Source: Octopus bimaculoides (lineage: Eukaryota). Taken from it: 37,574 nt of DNA. Every line of letters starts with the position of its first letter. The stretch's first letter is position 1. Made by a program: the position numbers and the translations under genes. Under the pieces are notes generated by a model. It was not told the DNA's origin. It saw nothing but the letters and a program-made list of their open reading frames with translations, and searched no databases. This document shows, piece by piece, positions 34,377 to 37,574 of the stretch. Where the stretch lies: positions 55,381,958 through 55,419,531 of the forward strand of contig NC_068985.1 in the NCBI RefSeq assembly GCF_001194135.2. Reading direction: 5' to 3'.

Positions 34377-34441
34377 CTCTTTATGTACAGGTGTGTATAT
34401 TTCAACTTGTGATTGCAAATATACACAGCATAACAATTTTC
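34377..34441 (-). CDS. Candidate internal exon (G-KLLCCVYLQSQVEIYTPVHKE, or V-EIYTPVHKE from an internal acceptor at 34405)
   Basis: Consensus GAG|GTGAGT donor ending phase 0, 159 nt from the phase-0 exon at 34217; both candidate acceptors are weak. Confidence 0.5.
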
Positions 34442-34444
34442 CTG

Positions 34445-34735
34445 TTATGTGGTGGCTGGCCCCATATCTGGGATGCCACATGCTGCGACACCTCCTCCAG
34501 CAACAACCTGGTGTGCTCAACTCCCAGCCCAGACTTTGCAGCTTGGGCAAAATGACAAAGCATCACTTGTTCTCTGAACCTGTTACAGTTGAGACCTTCG
34601 GCATTCATGACACTTCAATTACATCCCTTCTCACTACTATTGTTACAGAGATGGGTATCCACAAGTGTAAGCCCTTTGAGTCAGGGTGACTGTTCCAGTG
34701 TATTTCCTTTGCAACCCTCTGAGGCAATGCCTTTT
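34445..34735 (+). mobile_element. Second CRE-clade relic
   Basis: IWDATCCDTSS ... EPVTVETFGIH ... KPFESG*LFQCISFATLRGNAF. Confidence 0.65.
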
Positions 34736-34899
34736 CCACTTTGTCTACTGGGACCATAAGGTGGACTGATGAGTCTTTTTTATTTAAAGCTGTTGTATCT
34801 CTTAAGAAAAATAGATCATCAATAAAATTTCAGGTCCTTTCTGTTGATTTTATAGTTTTTGAAATTTTAAAATTTAGAGGAAATTTTTCAAATTTGGTA

Positions 34900-35437
34900 T
34901 ATTGATGTAATTTTTCCAGCTGAATCTGATTTTGTTATTCACGTGTTCTAGAAAATTTTTTTAGAAAAGTGTTGCAGGGGTATAAAGTTTGATCATTTTA
35001 CCAAATCACAAAGCAGGATTTGGAAGCTGGCATTTTCTGCATGAGAGCAAATGAAAGCAAAACATTAAGAAAAGGAATTTTTATTAGCAAAATAAAAGTT
35101 GTAAGAAGTTTTAAAGTTTTAATAAATTCTAATGAATAAAATCATGTGGAACTGTTGAACAGCCACACAAATGATTTAAAAAGGAAAAATCTTCAATGAA
35201 TGTTTTGCAAAATATAAAAAAACAAACTGTATGTTAGGGTTTAAGGTTAGGGTTGGGGTTTAGGGTTAGAATTAGTGTTTAGGGTTAGAATTTGGGTTTA
35301 AGGTTGAGGTTTAGGTTCAGTTCGACCAGTTGATGACCTAAGCTTAATCAATTAGTAACATATTTTTAGTGAACATTTTTCCAAAATTTTTCTAGAAGTG
35401 AATAAAATCAGATTCAGTGTGAAAAATTACATCAATA
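34900..35437. mobile_element. Non-autonomous inverted-repeat element with degenerate TTAGGG-like core
   Basis: ~55-bp imperfect inverted repeats at 34900-34959 and 35383-35437; GGTTAG/TTAGGG-like tandem at ~35233-35318. Confidence 0.6.
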
Positions 35438-36008
35438 CATACACATGTGTCTGTCTGTGTGTGTATGTTGTGTTTATGTTTGCCTCCTCCACCACTTGAA
35501 AACTGGTGTTGGTTTGTTTACATCCTCGTTTGGCAAAAATATGAACATAAAAAAATAAGTGTCGGAGGTGTTTTGTTCAAACCCAACATGACCGTAGCTC
35601 AATGATTCAAATAAATGAAAGATAAAAGACAACCAAACAGCACATCGGTATTCTTTTGTTTTATTATCCTAAATGAAGGTAGAAATATTGACATTATTCA
35701 GAAAGAAAAAAAAATGCCAATTGCTAATGATAATTTTCTTCCATTTTGCAATCCTTGTGTTAAAAAATACCCAAAAATGCCTGAATCATAAGTACGAGAA
35801 TGAAATTTGCTTTGACGGTGCAAACCCAGGCCCAAAATTTTTTACAAACAAGGTCAATTTTTTGCAATCTTAATATCAAAATAAACACAACTATTATAAT
35901 AATAATGATTTCAAATTTTGGCACAAGGCCAGCACTTTTGAAAGCAGGGATAAGTTGATTATGTCGACCCCAGTGTTCAACTGGTACTTATTTTATTCAA
36001 TTACATGA

Positions 36009-36410
36009 NNNNNNNNNNNNNNNNNNNNNNNNNNNNNNNNNNNNNNNNNNNNNNNNNNNNNNNNNNNNNNNNNNNNNNNNNNNNNNNNNNNNNNNNNNNN
36101 NNNNNNNNNNNNNNNNNNNNNNNNNNNNNNNNNNNNNNNNNNNNNNNNNNNNNNNNNNNNNNNNNNNNNNNNNNNNNNNNNNNNNNNNNNNNNNNNNNNN
36201 NNNNNNNNNNNNNNNNNNNNNNNNNNNNNNNNNNNNNNNNNNNNNNNNNNNNNNNNNNNNNNNNNNNNNNNNNNNNNNNNNNNNNNNNNNNNNNNNNNNN
36301 NNNNNNNNNNNNNNNNNNNNNNNNNNNNNNNNNNNNNNNNNNNNNNNNNNNNNNNNNNNNNNNNNNNNNNNNNNNNNNNNNNNNNNNNNNNNNNNNNNNN
36401 NNNNNNNNNN
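36009..36410. other. Assembly gap; others at 6879-6888, 7261-7385, 8321-8502, 23503-23667
   Basis: Runs of N. Confidence 1.
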
Positions 36411-36671
36411 TGCTATAAAAGTGCATATAAGAATGATTTTATCTAGTTTTCTAATGAATTGTTTGTTTGTTTTCGGGGTACCCTTGGCTTCTCATCTCCC
36501 TCTTGATTCCCCATCTTAGTTTGAATACTTCTCAAAGCCCTTATTAATTATAGGTTTATTGAAAATAAATCCCATACTCGTTTGTGAAGAAACAGTTTTC
36601 CTGACAGCTTGGGTTCAGTTTAAATGATTGATCAATGATTTAACTTGGTGGATCGACCTTCCCGTCCTCAC

Positions 36672-36687
36672 CTTTGATGCTATGGAC
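36672..36687 (-). CDS. Candidate 16-nt micro-exon (VHSIK)
   Basis: TTCCATCTAG| acceptor; AAG|GTGAGG donor; phase 0 to 1. Confidence 0.4.
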
Positions 36688-36761
36688 CTAGATGGAATAT
36701 TTATGATAATTAAAGTAACTTATAAAAACTTAGGTAAAATGAAGTAAAAATAAATAGATAC

Positions 36762-36784
36762 CTGCACACTAACAATGTAGAAAA
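36762..36784 (-). CDS. Candidate 23-nt micro-exon (x-FYIVSVQ)
   Basis: Long pyrimidine tract ending TTTAATTATAG|; CAG|GTATCT donor; phase 1 to 0; 74-nt intron to the next micro-exon. Confidence 0.4.
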
Positions 36785-37146
36785 CTATAATTAAACAAGA
36801 AAGTACGGAATCAAGGGTAGAAATACGATGAGATAAGCAGAGAGGAAGAAAGAAGAAGTGGTATAATTTGACAAAGCAAAAAAGCAAAACGAATCTTAAA
36901 GAGACTTGTGTGGATGTTAACCAGTTAGAATGGACATTATTGATTGGATGGATTTTCTATGTCATCAATAATGTTGAAGTGAAGTTTTGATTAATAACTG
37001 TGATTTTGCCTTCTGCACTGTCCATTATATATATATATATATGTTTTGCAGCTTTAAAATTTTGGAGCAATTTGGTACAATGCAATGATATGTAGCTGTT
37101 CATCTTATGAACCAGACAAACAACACTCAAAATCTAATATTCTAAC

Positions 37147-37167
37147 ATGTGTTCTTTAGGTACATAT
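37147..37167 (-). CDS. Weak candidate 21-nt micro-exon (MYLKNT-F)
   Basis: TTTTCTATTACACTCAG| acceptor; non-consensus GTTAGA donor; phase 1 to 1. Confidence 0.2.
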
Positions 37168-37574
37168 CTGAGTGTAATAGAAAATTAGTACATAAGGATG
37201 ATTCATCATTATAATAAGTGCATATACACGTGTTTCTTATATGTATATGTGTAATGTGCATCTTACAAATAAAAATACATACCTACATGTTAATATTTTA
37301 TGATTCCCAAATTTTCTGCGCCCCTCTCCATAGCCCCCTGTGGTTCCCAATTTTTCAGACCTAGCTGTGGCCTCCAAGAAATGTTTCATGGCCCCCTAGG
37401 GAGCCATATGGCTGACCTTTGAGAAACCCTATTCTACAGGACTGCCACATTTAGTTGACAAATATATTTTATGAATAAACAGACAGGGATAAATAGATAG
37501 ATTTGATGGCACTCCGTCGTTTACGACATCGAGGGTTCCAGTTGATCTGATCAACGGAACAGCCAGCTCGTGAA

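Noticed and set aside
35233-35318. True interstitial telomere or fusion scar
   Set aside because: Short, highly degenerate, single orientation, and enclosed by element-like inverted repeats.
36001-36426. ORFs spanning N runs (also 7036-7510, 8238-8552, 23399-23710)
   Set aside because: Artefacts of translating through assembly gaps.

Overview
AT-rich, repeat-dense eukaryotic genomic DNA with five N-gaps. The SINE, RTE-LINE, mariner and microsatellite make-up points to a coleoid cephalopod such as octopus; this is inferred from repeat style, not a database match. Most of the window is decayed mobile elements: RTE, CR1-group and CRE non-LTR relics, several Tc1/mariner lineages, tRNA-derived SINEs, a MITE and a Helitron end. 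None of the ORF-track proteins is an intact host gene. Reading splice signals by hand gives three non-obvious results. (1) A five-exon + strand gene (19458-30690) with phase-compatible exons encoding a 176-aa secreted, Cys-rich protein with a shortened C-type-lectin-like region and a PAN/apple-like region. (2) A candidate - strand gene of many very short exons (about 37167 to 9170) that would enclose gene 1 antisense; its product is unidentified. (3) Two tandem minimal type I hammerhead ribozyme motifs on the - strand (14180-14228 and 13824-13872), 356 nt apart, in a retrozyme- or Penelope-terminal-repeat-like duplication. Repeat boundaries are approximate; exon and ribozyme coordinates were counted base by base.
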